Of a DNA stretch of 64,000 bases, positions 45,013-55,366 are shown in pieces. This DNA is from Spirochaetaceae bacterium (lineage in GTDB: Bacteria; Spirochaetota; Spirochaetia; DSM-27196; SKKC01). Below the pieces are notes generated by a model. That model was given only the letters and a program-made list of their open reading frames with translations, made no database searches and was not told the DNA's origin. The translations under genes and the position numbers were made by a program. The stretch covers positions 4,166 through 68,165 of the forward strand of contig JBKHAN010000003.1 in NCBI GenBank assembly GCA_046542845.1, in the 5' to 3' direction. How positions within the stretch are numbered: position 1 is the stretch's first letter; every line of letters begins with the position of its first letter.

Positions 45013-45423
45013 ATGAAGCGCGCAATTCTTGTACTCGGTATATTGCTTGGAGCTGTTTTCTCTCTTTCCGCCCAGGACGCGGATCTCGTTGGACCGTGGA
45101 CAGCGTTTCGGGCCATTGAACTGAGCGATTATACCCTCAGCGACTATCGCAATCCCCCGGAAACCGACGATTTACCCATCGGTGAGCTCACGATTAACGC
45201 GGACGGAACGCTGGAATCAGATTTTCTGGACTTCGACGAGTGGAGTTTCAGCGACGAGTTCCTGATTCTCACCGACGGATCCACGAATGCGTTCTTTGTC
45301 CCCCGGGTCATGAGCCCCGATACCCTGTATCTTCTGAGGGTCAGTGTAACAGAACGTGATCGTGAGGTAACGCACATACGCGTGGACCGCCCCGGAAGCC
45401 TCATTGTCGTGAGAGAAATGTAG
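45013..45423 (+). CDS. Secreted hypothetical protein (lipocalin-like?)
   Basis: 136 aa with a GGAGGG RBS and a signal peptide (ILVLGILLGAVFSLSAQ). The LVGPWTA motif resembles small lipocalin-like domains. Confidence 0.5.
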   Translation: MKRAILVLGILLGAVFSLSAQDADLVGPWTAFRAIELSDYTLSDYRNPPETDDLPIGELTINADGTLESDFLDFDEWSFSDEFLILTDGSTNAFFVPRVMSPDTLYLLRVSVTERDREVTHIRVDRPGSLIVVREM

Positions 45424-45443
45424 CCGCGGAGAACCGGATGCGA

Positions 45444-46349
45444 CTAGGGTACCCAGCGAACTGATCCGGAAGGCACCCAGCCCGACTCTCCCCGTCCGAG
45501 ATCGAGCTCATAGTACAGACCCTCCTCGTGCCGGCTCAGCGACAGCACCCTGTACGACGCGACACGCCCGTCAAGGGGGTCCTCCGTGTCGGTCAGGGCA
45601 TCGGTTATGCGACCCGACGTGCCGGGCCTCGACCGGACGAACACCGGTGAACTCAATGGCGCTATCATGGACAGCCGCGACTCCCCGGGGTCAAGTGTCA
45701 CCGTCGGACCTGAAAACCGCCGCGTTGTCCGATCAACGCCTGCAGGCACTCCGTCAACGTACTGCGCCGCGTACTGATGCGACCCGATGATTGCCCCATG
45801 CTCGTCCCGGACCGGCACATGTGTATAGTCGATATAAACCCTCCCGAGATCGGTCGACTCGACGAACCAGGTCAGATACTCGGGCCCGCTCCGATCGAGC
45901 GTGAACCACTGTGTTTCGAACGTACGCGCTCCGATGGGTCTGCCGAGAACGAAGCTGTCGGTAACCAGGCGTACGGACAGCACAGGAGCGCCGCGACCAA
46001 AGGGATGTATAATCTCCATGTCGAGGACCTGCGCGAGCAGGGTACGCGTTGCGCCCGCAAAAACCCTCGAAAGCCGGAACACGGTGACATCGACAAGTTC
46101 ATCTGCTTCTGTGCCTGTTCGTATAATCAGTATCTGCTCTTCGCGTGCGGTGGGTAATCCTGACCGGGCTTCGGTCCGGCACACCGCGACCCGAACCCCG
46201 TACTGCGGGAATACCTCTGTATACGTGCAGGACGCCTCCACCGCCGCCGCAGGAGACGGAACGGCACACATCAAAAGCAGAGCTGCGGTGAAGGATACAC
46301 AACGGCGACTGTACACCCGTGCACCGTACGCTGATATTCGCTCCTTCAC
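45444..46349 (-). CDS. Secreted hypothetical protein with SH3b-like C-terminus
   Basis: 301 aa with a GTG start and a signal peptide (FTAALLLMCAVPSPAAAVEA). The C-terminal VFVRSRPGTSGRI...GLYYELDLGRGESGWVPSGSV resembles a bacterial SH3 domain. Confidence 0.55.
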   Translation of the reverse strand: MKERISAYGARVYSRRCVSFTAALLLMCAVPSPAAAVEASCTYTEVFPQYGVRVAVCRTEARSGLPTAREEQILIIRTGTEADELVDVTVFRLSRVFAGATRTLLAQVLDMEIIHPFGRGAPVLSVRLVTDSFVLGRPIGARTFETQWFTLDRSGPEYLTWFVESTDLGRVYIDYTHVPVRDEHGAIIGSHQYAAQYVDGVPAGVDRTTRRFSGPTVTLDPGESRLSMIAPLSSPVFVRSRPGTSGRITDALTDTEDPLDGRVASYRVLSLSRHEEGLYYELDLGRGESGWVPSGSVRWVP

Positions 46350-46366
46350 AAGTGAAACGTGCTACG

Positions 46367-46843
46367 ATGCAGGCCATGCTGATCGAGGTGCTCGTCGGGC
46401 TGACCGGTATTCTTATGGTGATTCTTCTCTGGCCCGCTCTGAAAGGCTCCCCCAGCGCCACACGTTCACCGCATCGCGCTCGCAGTAAGCGGGCGAATCA
46501 TCCGGATGGCAGCGGACAGAGAATTCGTCGCTGTCCGGTATGCCACGCACAGCTGTCCTCCGGAGAGCGGATCAGGAGCGTCGTGTTTTCGGGAGGAACG
46601 GCCCACCGGGAGATTCGTGAGCACACCACGCACATCTTTGGCTGCCCGCACTGCTACCCCCACAACAACCTCAATCCCCGGCAGTGTCCGGTATGTGAAC
46701 AGACGCTGTCCCGGGACGGGTATCTGATTGCCAGAATGTTCCAGCGACCGGGGAAAAAGGACCACGTTCACGTGCTCGGGTGCACCGAATGCCGTTCCGG
46801 GCCGAGGCGATCGACGGGGAGCCGTCCGCGCAATATTGAGTAA
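46367..46843 (+). CDS. Membrane-anchored protein with two predicted zinc ribbons
   Basis: ATG at 46367 (MQAMLIEVLVGLTGILMVILLWPAL, a TM helix). There are four CxxC pairs: CPVC, CPHC, CPVC and CTEC. Confidence 0.5.
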   Translation: MQAMLIEVLVGLTGILMVILLWPALKGSPSATRSPHRARSKRANHPDGSGQRIRRCPVCHAQLSSGERIRSVVFSGGTAHREIREHTTHIFGCPHCYPHNNLNPRQCPVCEQTLSRDGYLIARMFQRPGKKDHVHVLGCTECRSGPRRSTGSRPRNIE

Positions 46844-46902
46844 GTAACGAATCGCGAGTAAGGTATACGCGAGAACGAACCACCGAAAAGGAGCCATGAT
46901 CT

Positions 46903-47250
46903 ATGGCGAATGATACGATTTTTGACAGGATTCTCGCCGGCGAGATACAGGCGGATACGGTGTACGAAGACGACGAAGTTCTCGCCTTCCGGGACATCAA
47001 CCCACAGGCGCCGGTTCATGTGCTGGTAATCCCGAAACACCGCGTCGGGCGCTTTGCAGAGCTGGCAGATCGCGAAGACGCGTGGATCGCCACCTTCTTC
47101 TCGCGCGTGTCGAAAATCGCGGCTCAGCTCGGGCTCAACGAGAACGGCTACCGCGTCGTCGTTAACAACGGAAAAGACGGGCAGCAGTCCGTCGAGTATC
47201 TTCACGCTCACATTCTCGGCGGACGTGCACTCAACTGGCCTCCGGGCTGA
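46903..47250 (+). CDS. HIT-family (HINT-like) nucleotide hydrolase
   Basis: 115 aa with IFDRILAGEI, VLAFRDINPQAPVHVLVIPK and the histidine triad LHAHILGG. Confidence 0.85.
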   Translation: MANDTIFDRILAGEIQADTVYEDDEVLAFRDINPQAPVHVLVIPKHRVGRFAELADREDAWIATFFSRVSKIAAQLGLNENGYRVVVNNGKDGQQSVEYLHAHILGGRALNWPPG

Positions 47251-47278
47251 GACACCTCCCTGAACTGGTACAGGAACC

Positions 47279-49045
47279 ATGGATAAAAACAAGAGAACTC
47301 TGACATGCGGGGAGCCGACGGCGGCTCATTGTGACACCGAGGTAATACTCAACGGCTGGGTGCACAGGGTCCGCGACCACGGCGGTATACGCTTCTTCAA
47401 TCTCCGGGATCGGTATGGACAGGTACAGGTCGTCATCGATACGGATGCGCCCGAAGCGGTCCGGGAGACGGGGAGTGAACTGAAACTCGAGTACTGCGTC
47501 GCCGTTGTCGGCATCGTACGCAGAAGGCCCGATTCCATGGTGAATCCCGACATGGCGAGCGGCGAGATCGAGATACAGGCGACGTCCATCGACGTTCTTT
47601 CAAGCTGTGAACCCCTGCCCTTCATGATCGAGGACCGCAGCGACGCCCGCGAAGAAACACGGCTGAAGTACCGCTATCTCGACCTTCGCTCAGCGTCCAT
47701 GCAGCGCAAAATCCGCTTGCGCCACGAAGTGACCTGGCGCGTCAGGGAGTACCTGAACGGCCTTGGATTCTACGAAATTGAAACACCCACCATGATAAAG
47801 TCGACGCCCGAGGGTGCCAGAGACTTTCTGATTCCTTCGCGGCTACACCCGGGAAGCTTCTACGCGATGCCTCAGAGTCCCCAGCTCTACAAGCAGATTC
47901 TCATGGTATCGGGTTTTGACCGCTATTTTCAGATCGCGCACTGTTTCCGCGATGAAGACGCGCGGGGTGACCGACAGCTTGAGCACACACAGATCGACAT
48001 AGAAATGAGTTTTGTATCCGCCGAGGACGTGTTCGAACTGGTGGAGGGGATGATGAACCACGTGTTCACGCACGCCATTGACCACCCGATTCCGACACCG
48101 TTTCTGCGGCTCTCGTATCGCGACGCTATGAACCGCTACGGCACGGATAAGCCGGACCTGCGCTTCGACCTGCACCTGCAGGATGCCGCCGAGCTCGCGC
48201 AGGGCTCGGGCTTCCGGGTCTTCGAAGAGGCGATCGCGTCAGGAGGCGCGGTCAAGGCGCTTGCCGTACCGGGCGGCGCGCGCATGTCGAGGAAGGAAAT
48301 CGAAAGCCTCGAAGCGGTGGCGAAGACCTACGGGGCGAAGGGACTGGCGTGGTTGAAAATGGGACCCCAGGGCCCGGAAGGAGGCATCTCCAAATTTTTC
48401 GCCGACGCACCTGAGGCGGTTTCCGGGTTCGGCGTCGCCGAGGGCGACCTGCTTCTCTTCGTTGCCGACACATGGAAAGTCGCGTGTACCGCCCTCGGTG
48501 CCGTACGGAGCTCCCTCGGAAAAACTCTCGATCTGATCGATCGCAGCGCATTCGCGTTTGCCTGGGTCGTCGACTTCCCCCTGTTCGAGTGGAATGAAGA
48601 TGATAAACGCTGGGAAGCCGCGCACCACATGTTTACCATGCCGCAGGAGCAGTTTATCGACACCCTCGAATCGGACCCCGGGGCGGTCAACGGCGACCTC
48701 TACGACCTGGTCTGCAACGGTTTCGAACTCGCCTCGGGGAGCATCCGTATACACAACGCGGAGCTTCAGAGTCGAATATTCGACATCGTCGGGTTTTCCC
48801 GAGAGGAAGCGCAGAAGCGGTTCGGCTTCCTTCTCGATGCATTCCGCTATGGCCCGCCACCGCACGGGGGAATCGCGCCCGGCCTCGACCGACTTGTCAT
48901 GATCATGGCAGGGGAACAGAGCATACGCGAAGTGATCGCGTTTCCCAAGACGACCAACGGGATGTCGCCGATGGATGAAAGCCCATCGGAAGTAGATCCC
49001 GATCAACTCAAGGATCTCGGCATACAGATCATTCATCATCGTTGA
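47279..49045 (+). CDS. aspS: Aspartate--tRNA ligase
   Basis: 588 aa. It has an OB anticodon-binding N-terminus (GWVHRVRDHGGIRFFNLRDRYGQVQVV) and class II motifs (QSPQLYKQILMVSGFDRYFQIAHCFRDEDARGDRQ; GGIAPGLDRLVM). Confidence 0.95.
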   Translation: MDKNKRTLTCGEPTAAHCDTEVILNGWVHRVRDHGGIRFFNLRDRYGQVQVVIDTDAPEAVRETGSELKLEYCVAVVGIVRRRPDSMVNPDMASGEIEIQATSIDVLSSCEPLPFMIEDRSDAREETRLKYRYLDLRSASMQRKIRLRHEVTWRVREYLNGLGFYEIETPTMIKSTPEGARDFLIPSRLHPGSFYAMPQSPQLYKQILMVSGFDRYFQIAHCFRDEDARGDRQLEHTQIDIEMSFVSAEDVFELVEGMMNHVFTHAIDHPIPTPFLRLSYRDAMNRYGTDKPDLRFDLHLQDAAELAQGSGFRVFEEAIASGGAVKALAVPGGARMSRKEIESLEAVAKTYGAKGLAWLKMGPQGPEGGISKFFADAPEAVSGFGVAEGDLLLFVADTWKVACTALGAVRSSLGKTLDLIDRSAFAFAWVVDFPLFEWNEDDKRWEAAHHMFTMPQEQFIDTLESDPGAVNGDLYDLVCNGFELASGSIRIHNAELQSRIFDIVGFSREEAQKRFGFLLDAFRYGPPPHGGIAPGLDRLVMIMAGEQSIREVIAFPKTTNGMSPMDESPSEVDPDQLKDLGIQIIHHR

Positions 49046-49057
49046 CAGGGAGAACAC

Positions 49058-50239
49058 ATGTATACAGTGCAGACCAGGAACGCAATTTCGAGCCATGGGC
49101 TCGCGGTATTCGAGGAGCGGGGTATTTCGGTAGATACGGATCAGGCCGATCCGGACGCGCTCCTCGTACGCAGCGCAAAACTCAACGATGAGACGTTTCC
49201 TGCATCGGTGAAGGCGATCGGGCGCGCGGGTGCCGGATACAACAACATCCCGGTATCGCGGTGCACCGAACAGGGCATAGTCGTGTTCAACACACCCGGT
49301 GCGAACGCCAACAGCGTCAAGGAGCTCGTCATCGCGGCCCTGATGCTCTCGAGTCGCAAAATCAGCGAAGGCATATCGTGGGCGCGCAGGGCTGCGTCCG
49401 AGGACGTAAAGAACCTCGCCGCACGCGTGGAACAAGAGAAGAAACAGTTTAGCGGCCCGGAAATCATGGGAAAGACGCTCGGAGTCATCGGTCTCGGCGC
49501 GATAGGTGTCATGGTCTCGAACGCCGCGTGCCGCCTCGGCATGAAGGTGATCGGATACGACCCCTATATCAGCGTTAACTCTGCCTGGGAGCTCGACGGT
49601 GCGGTCAGCCGTGCGGGATCGCTCGCAGAAGTGTTCAGTCGGGCCGATTACATCAGTATCCACACCCCGTTGAACGACAATACCCGCGGGATGTTCGACG
49701 ATGCAGCGGTGGCTCAACTGAAGCACGGCGTCAGAATCATCAATATGGCCAGAGGTGAACTGGTCGACAATAGCGCAATGCGGGTCGGGCTTGACCGGGG
49801 CATCGTCGGTTGTTACGTCACGGATTTTCCCTCCGACGACCTCGCGGCACACGAAGGCGTCATCCCTATACCCCACCTCGGCGCCTCAACTCCGGAGGCT
49901 GAGGACAATTGCGCGGTCATGGCGTCGCAACAGCTCGCCGACTTTCTTCAGTTCGGAAATATCCGTAATTCGGTCAACTTCCCGGCGTGTGAAATGCCCA
50001 TGGGCGATGGCACGCGGCTGTTGATTTCGAACCGGAACGTCCCCAACATGGTGGGCCAGATCACCGGGATTCTCGCAGCACAGAACGCGAACATTTCCGA
50101 TATGCTCAACAAGCACCGGGATCTCATCGCGTACAACATTATCGATCTGGAAGCCGACGTCTCTGAGGAGACGTTGGAGATGCTGAAGGCAATCGACGGT
50201 GTCGTTTCAGTCCGGAAAGTCACCCCGCGGCAGAGATAG
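49058..50239 (+). CDS. serA: D-3-phosphoglycerate dehydrogenase (2-hydroxyacid dehydrogenase with C-terminal ACT domain)
   Basis: 393 aa with GRAGAGYNNIPV, the NAD motif GVIGLGAIG, INMARGELVD, and a C-terminal ACT-like ~70 aa (NVPNMVGQITGILA...). Confidence 0.85.
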   Translation: MYTVQTRNAISSHGLAVFEERGISVDTDQADPDALLVRSAKLNDETFPASVKAIGRAGAGYNNIPVSRCTEQGIVVFNTPGANANSVKELVIAALMLSSRKISEGISWARRAASEDVKNLAARVEQEKKQFSGPEIMGKTLGVIGLGAIGVMVSNAACRLGMKVIGYDPYISVNSAWELDGAVSRAGSLAEVFSRADYISIHTPLNDNTRGMFDDAAVAQLKHGVRIINMARGELVDNSAMRVGLDRGIVGCYVTDFPSDDLAAHEGVIPIPHLGASTPEAEDNCAVMASQQLADFLQFGNIRNSVNFPACEMPMGDGTRLLISNRNVPNMVGQITGILAAQNANISDMLNKHRDLIAYNIIDLEADVSEETLEMLKAIDGVVSVRKVTPRQR

Positions 50240-50242
50240 GCA

Positions 50243-51631
50243 ATGGCAGCAAAGAAGCGCTCCCGCTTTGTCTGCACTGCCTGTGGCCACGATGAACCGA
50301 AGTGGCTCGGACGCTGCCCGGCCTGCGGAAACTGGAACACCTTCGAGGAAACCGAGTCGCCCGCCCCCCCGGCCGCGGGTGGCGCGCGGCGCACATCGGC
50401 GACGACCGCCGAAGCGATGCTCCTCGAGAACATCCGTACCCAGGACGCGCTCCGGGTCAGGACGGGACTGAGCGAGTTCGACCGTGTCCTTGGCGGTGGG
50501 GCAAGCCTCGGGTCAAGCACGCTCATCGGCGGCGAACCCGGCATAGGCAAGTCAACGCTCCTGCTTCAGGCAGCAGGCTCCACCTCCGACACCTTCTCCA
50601 CGCTCTACGTCACCGGCGAGGAAGCGGCGGGGCAACTGAAACAGCGTGCAGACCGCCTCGGCGTTCGCGGCGAGCAGCTTCACATACTCGCAAACGCGAA
50701 CCTCTCGCTGGTACTGCGGAGCCTCGAGAAGGTGAAACCGGACATCATCGTCATTGATTCGGTACAGACGCTCTACACCGACGAGGCTGCCGGGACGCCG
50801 GGAAGCCCGGCGCAGCTGCGCTACTGTACCTTCGAGATCGCGGACTGGGCACGAAATCACTCGGCCGTCTGTTTTTTCGTCGCGCATGTGACGAAAGACG
50901 GAGCGATCGCGGGGCCGCGGGTGGTGGAGCACATGGTCGACACCGTGCTTCTTTTCGAGGAGGCTGAGGGTTCAACCCGTATTCTGCGGGCGACAAAGAA
51001 CCGTTTCGGAGCAACCGACGAGATCGGGCTGTTCTCCATGGCACAGTCGGGGCTGAAAGAGGTCAGTGACCCCTCCGCGCTGTTCCTTGTCCGGCGCGAC
51101 GGGCCGCAGCCGGCGGGAGCGGTCATCGCACCGGTCTACGAGGGCAGCCGCATTCTGCTCGTGGAGATTCAGGCACTGACCGTCCCGGCAAAAGGTGGGG
51201 TGTCACGCGTCTTCTCGGACCGGATTGAGTCCGCCCGCGTCAGCCGGGTAGCCGCGGTGCTCGAGAAACACGCCGGTCTTGGCCTCAACGATCAGGATCT
51301 GTACGTGAACGTGGCAGGGGGAATGCGTATTTCCGAAGTCGGCATAGACCTGCCGGTGGCGATCGCGCTGTACTCGGCCGCCACAGGTACGCCGGTGCAA
51401 CCCGACACGGCCGTGACGGGTGAACTGAGCCTCGCGGGTGAGGTCCGTCCCGTTGTCGGACTCGAGCGCAGACTTCGGACGGTGGTCGAGTACGGGCTGG
51501 CGCGTCTGATCGGTCCCGATCACATGTCCACCGGCGAAACGGACCGCGGAAGTCCGCCCGACGCGCTGCAGAAATCGGGAAGCGTCATCGAGGCGCTCAA
51601 GTCCGCGTTCTCAGCTACAAAAGCGACGTAA
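50243..51631 (+). CDS. radA: DNA repair protein RadA
   Basis: 462 aa. It has a zinc finger (FVCTACGHDEPKWLGRCPACGNWNTF), a Walker A (GGEPGIGKSTLLLQ), KNRFG and a Lon-like C-terminus. Confidence 0.95.
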   Translation: MAAKKRSRFVCTACGHDEPKWLGRCPACGNWNTFEETESPAPPAAGGARRTSATTAEAMLLENIRTQDALRVRTGLSEFDRVLGGGASLGSSTLIGGEPGIGKSTLLLQAAGSTSDTFSTLYVTGEEAAGQLKQRADRLGVRGEQLHILANANLSLVLRSLEKVKPDIIVIDSVQTLYTDEAAGTPGSPAQLRYCTFEIADWARNHSAVCFFVAHVTKDGAIAGPRVVEHMVDTVLLFEEAEGSTRILRATKNRFGATDEIGLFSMAQSGLKEVSDPSALFLVRRDGPQPAGAVIAPVYEGSRILLVEIQALTVPAKGGVSRVFSDRIESARVSRVAAVLEKHAGLGLNDQDLYVNVAGGMRISEVGIDLPVAIALYSAATGTPVQPDTAVTGELSLAGEVRPVVGLERRLRTVVEYGLARLIGPDHMSTGETDRGSPPDALQKSGSVIEALKSAFSATKAT

Positions 51632-52823
51632 GATACGGAATACCTATGAACGTGCCTATGGCGCTGCCTATAGTCGAAAACGCGAATACGAGCAGCACCC
51701 GGGTTATACGGTTTCGAAAAAAACCTCGAAACGACGCAATGTCGGTCTGAAGATGTTCGAGATCGTGCACGCGGGGCTTGCGAAAGATCGCTTCAAGCAG
51801 CCCCGTCACAAAACCGACGCCGATCGTCGGATTCATGGACGTTATCGGCGCCGCAACGAACGAGGCCACAATCGTCAGGGGGTGCGCGAACGCGAGAAGC
51901 GCTCCGAGCGCGCTCAGCCCGCCGTTGACCAGGACCCAGAGCAGGAACATATCCCGCGTTAGATCCCACCCTGAGCGAAGGAAGCCCGCGGCAAAGAGCC
52001 CTCCCACCGCAATCGGGACCAGCCAGGGCAGCATCCGCGCGAAGAGTCCTTTTGGAGGAATGACGTTCAACTCCTGCAGTGGCGGCTCCATGGGACCTGC
52101 CTGCAAAGCCTCGATGGTACGCACAATGCCCGGTACGTGACCGGCACCAACAACCGCAAGGATCGTGCTCCCTTCGGTCTCGTAAATTTTTTCGGCAAGA
52201 TAGCGGTCCCGTTCGTCAATGAGGACCCGTTTTGCCCCGGGCAGATAGTCGCTGAGCTCCTCCATCATGGCGCTCAGCGCGTCGGTTTCCTTGAGTGATT
52301 CGATGTCTTCTTCGGAAATGCGTTCTCCGCCGAACAGAGACCCGAGGAGCGCGGCCATCATTTTACTCTTGCTCCACAGCCCCCCGCTCGCCCAGGCCCG
52401 CTTGAGCGTGATCTGTATTTCGCGGTCGCAGAGCACAACGGGTATGGACTTCTCATGGGCGATACCCACCGCCTCGACCATTTCCGCCCCCGGTTTCACG
52501 CCGAGTTCCTTCCCGATGCGCCGCTGAAAACTGGCAAGAAAAAGGTTCCCGAGAAGCAGGAATCCCTGGCCTCCGCGTATGACCTTGTAGATATCAAGCT
52601 TCTTCCAGGCCTCGGAATCGGTGAGACTGCGGTACCGGGATTCGTCGATCTCGATGCACATGCTGTCGGGTTTCTCGGCTTCGGCGAGAAGACGGACCTG
52701 CCGTACGCTCGCCTGCGAGACGTGGGCCGTTCCGAGCAGGACAATGCGCCGGCCTGCTGATTCGATAATGGTGGTCCCCTCGTAAAGGGACCCTGTGTCC
52801 TCGGTCGTTGGTTCTTCTGTCAT
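51615..52823 (-). CDS. TraB/GumN-family protein
   Basis: 402 aa with the LLGTAHVSQASV motif and a C-terminal four-TM region. Its start forms an ATGA overlap with the upstream DHH gene stop. Confidence 0.85.
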   Translation of the reverse strand: MTEEPTTEDTGSLYEGTTIIESAGRRIVLLGTAHVSQASVRQVRLLAEAEKPDSMCIEIDESRYRSLTDSEAWKKLDIYKVIRGGQGFLLLGNLFLASFQRRIGKELGVKPGAEMVEAVGIAHEKSIPVVLCDREIQITLKRAWASGGLWSKSKMMAALLGSLFGGERISEEDIESLKETDALSAMMEELSDYLPGAKRVLIDERDRYLAEKIYETEGSTILAVVGAGHVPGIVRTIEALQAGPMEPPLQELNVIPPKGLFARMLPWLVPIAVGGLFAAGFLRSGWDLTRDMFLLWVLVNGGLSALGALLAFAHPLTIVASFVAAPITSMNPTIGVGFVTGLLEAIFRKPRVHDLEHLQTDIASFRGFFRNRITRVLLVFAFSTIGSAIGTFIGIPYLTSLL

Positions 52824-53776
52824 TCCTTGCCCATTGCCTGTAAAAATCGTTTTCTGAGTCCCTGCTCGCCGGGAAAAAGGTCACGGGGTATGCTTCCGCC
52901 GCCCATGTGCACATGACCACCACCGGAACCGAGTCCTTTCAGCGCTTTTCGCAGCACTACGTCCGATGGACGGGCGGCGTCTTCGCTTCGGACCGAGATA
53001 CGATACTCGTCACGGTCAGGTTCGACAACGCAGACGAAGTGCAACTCGCGAAGACCCAGAAAAAAGTCCGCAACGAGCGCCATGGCCTCTGCCGAGCACT
53101 CCTGATCGAGCATGATAAAAGCAAAATCGTCTGCGACTTCGCAGGAATTAATTGCCTCGCGAAACAGGCCCAGGTCGGACATGCTCAGGCTGTTCTTGAG
53201 CAGGCGACTGCCGGTTTCCCAGTCTCCCTGAAAATACAGGGTAGAGAATGCTTCGAGATCGATAGGGGCGACACCACGAGTCATGAAGGCCGTATCCATC
53301 ATGAGCCCCATGAGAAGCATGGTGGCGACGCTTTTTTTCATGGGAGCGTCCGCATCGCGAAAGTACTCGTAAAGGATCGTCGAGCATGATCCGTAATCCG
53401 GTCGAATATCGTGGTAGGCGGACTCGGGTTCTTCCGGGGGTTTGTGATGATCAATAACCGCCACCACGGTGCCCGGCAACCCGGTCATATTGCGGTTACC
53501 GATGAATCCGTCGACGAGAACGAGCTGAGCGTCGTCGCCGAAGGTCATTGACCGGGTGCTTTGTATAGGAATTTCCAGGAGCTTGATAGCCTCTTTCAGA
53601 CTCTCGCTCTGTATGTTTCCTCCGTAACACAACAGGGCCTCCACGCTGCGCGCAGCGAGCAGGTGCATTAGCCCGAAAGCACTCGCAACCGCATCGTGAT
53701 CCGGAAAATCATGCGCCTGTATGTAGACCGGCCTGGCCGGATCCAGGTGCGAAACCAGCTCGTCAACACCCTTCAT
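52820..53776 (-). CDS. DHH/DHHA1-family phosphoesterase (NrnA-like)
   Basis: 318 aa with HDFPDHDAVAS, VIDHHKPP and the DHHA1 motif GSGGGHVHMGGG. Confidence 0.8.
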   Translation of the reverse strand: MKGVDELVSHLDPARPVYIQAHDFPDHDAVASAFGLMHLLAARSVEALLCYGGNIQSESLKEAIKLLEIPIQSTRSMTFGDDAQLVLVDGFIGNRNMTGLPGTVVAVIDHHKPPEEPESAYHDIRPDYGSCSTILYEYFRDADAPMKKSVATMLLMGLMMDTAFMTRGVAPIDLEAFSTLYFQGDWETGSRLLKNSLSMSDLGLFREAINSCEVADDFAFIMLDQECSAEAMALVADFFLGLRELHFVCVVEPDRDEYRISVRSEDAARPSDVVLRKALKGLGSGGGHVHMGGGSIPRDLFPGEQGLRKRFLQAMGKE

Positions 53777-53793
53777 GCGGTCCCTCCACGGCC

Positions 53794-55215
53794 CTACCGT
53801 GCATGGCCTTGTCCGTAGGTGTCAAGGAACCACCCCGCGAGCTCAAACTCGATCGATCCTTCGATTTCGGGCACGCGTGCCGCCTCAAGCAGCGCTTCTG
53901 CGAGCGCCGGGCGGTCGATCAGCGAATACAGCGCGCCGAGGTAAAAACTCATCCGCGCCCGTACCGACGGGTCACGCTCGTTCTGAATGCGCCGTATCGT
54001 GAGATCGTCGTTACGCGGGTTCTGGTATTCGACGGCAATCTGAGAGTACAGGCTCTCGGTCCCGGCCAGCCTGCGAACCTGCTCGAACCACGCCCTCGAT
54101 TCTTCCCGCCTGCCATCCTGTCGAAGCGCAATACCGGTGAGCATCGCGAAGGAGGGCACGCGCGTAACCTCGTCGTACGTCCGCTCAAAATACCGCGCCG
54201 CACGACCAAAGTCCCCGGTCAGAAAGGCTGTCGCAGCGTACAGGCCGAATGCATCGCGATAGTCCGGCTGAGCCGACAGCACACGGGCATATCCGGCGTC
54301 GGCTTCCGCGTAGCGGCCAAGGGCGTACAGGCTGTTCGCTCGGTGAAAGAAGAACAGAAAGACCTCGTCCTCAAGCGCCAGGGCTTCATCGAAACGCGCA
54401 AGCGCATCTTCGTGTCGTCCGGCGTTCTGCAACACGCGCCCGAGATCGTAGTAATGCCAGGGCGTGTCGGGTTCAAGCTCGATAGCCCTGCGGTACGCTT
54501 CGACTGCTTCGTCGGTCCTTCGCAGGATCGACAGTATCCGACCGCGCTCGGCGTGTACGAAGCCCGCATCCGGGTCGACGGCCAGCGCTCGGTCCACGTA
54601 GCCCAGCGCGACACGACGAGGGGGACGGTCAAGATATATACGGGCCATCCCGACAAGCGACTCAAAATGCTCTTCGTTCTGTTGCAGCACTCGCTCAAAA
54701 TACTGTTCCGCTTCCTCCGTTCGTCCCCCGTCCAGCGCAAGCGTGCCGAGAGCCGATCCCGCACCGGTGTGCTCCGGTTCAAGCTCGAGCACCTCTCTCA
54801 GATACGACTCAGCTGAGGCTTCGTTGTCCGTGGTCAGAGCAAGCGCATACAGCGCGTCTGCCTGGACCGGCGTGTCGTGCTCGGCCACCGCCCTGTATAC
54901 CCGGTCAGCCGCCGAAAACTCGCCGTCCGCGAGCAACAGATGACCGTAGGCCAGCCACAGCTCGGGGACCTCCGGCGGAGCCCCTATGTCGTCGAGGATA
55001 GCTCCCGCTTCCCGCGCACTTCCGCTCCGAAGCGCTTGAACGACCAGGTCGTATTGGTCCTGACGGTCCGGTTCCTCCACCCGATCAGGAGGCGCATCGT
55101 CGGGCCGAACCTCCTGGTCCGGATCTGCGGGTGGGGTCGCGCAGGACATACCGAGAAGAATCAGCAGCAGTATGACGCCGGTTCTCAGCGCCAGGCAGGT
55201 ACATCGTTGAAACAT
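53794..55215 (-). CDS. TPR-repeat lipoprotein
   Basis: I use the ATG at 55215 (MFQRCTCLALRTGVILLLILLGMSCATPP, a lipobox-like LLGMSC). Multiple TPR units follow (AEADAGYARVLSAQPDY, AVEAYRRAIELEPDT, etc.). The track ORF starts 105 nt further upstream. Confidence 0.8.
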   Translation of the reverse strand: MFQRCTCLALRTGVILLLILLGMSCATPPADPDQEVRPDDAPPDRVEEPDRQDQYDLVVQALRSGSAREAGAILDDIGAPPEVPELWLAYGHLLLADGEFSAADRVYRAVAEHDTPVQADALYALALTTDNEASAESYLREVLELEPEHTGAGSALGTLALDGGRTEEAEQYFERVLQQNEEHFESLVGMARIYLDRPPRRVALGYVDRALAVDPDAGFVHAERGRILSILRRTDEAVEAYRRAIELEPDTPWHYYDLGRVLQNAGRHEDALARFDEALALEDEVFLFFFHRANSLYALGRYAEADAGYARVLSAQPDYRDAFGLYAATAFLTGDFGRAARYFERTYDEVTRVPSFAMLTGIALRQDGRREESRAWFEQVRRLAGTESLYSQIAVEYQNPRNDDLTIRRIQNERDPSVRARMSFYLGALYSLIDRPALAEALLEAARVPEIEGSIEFELAGWFLDTYGQGHAR

Positions 55216-55366
55216 GCGGATTGAAAACCTCTCTGTTGGAGTCAGGAACTGGAGCGGGAATCGTATCGCGTTCGAATATACCGAGTCCATACCTGACGAA
55301 CCGCGTGCGGAACGCTCCAACTCTCTTGCTCAGACACTGGCTGGATTGCTACTATGCAGGAAAAGT

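Noticed and set aside
48239-49876. 545-aa minus-strand ORF spanning the end of aspS and half of serA
   Set aside because: It is antisense to two strongly recognisable genes. The translation is Arg/Gly/His-rich with no motif. It is a typical shadow ORF of GC-rich coding DNA.
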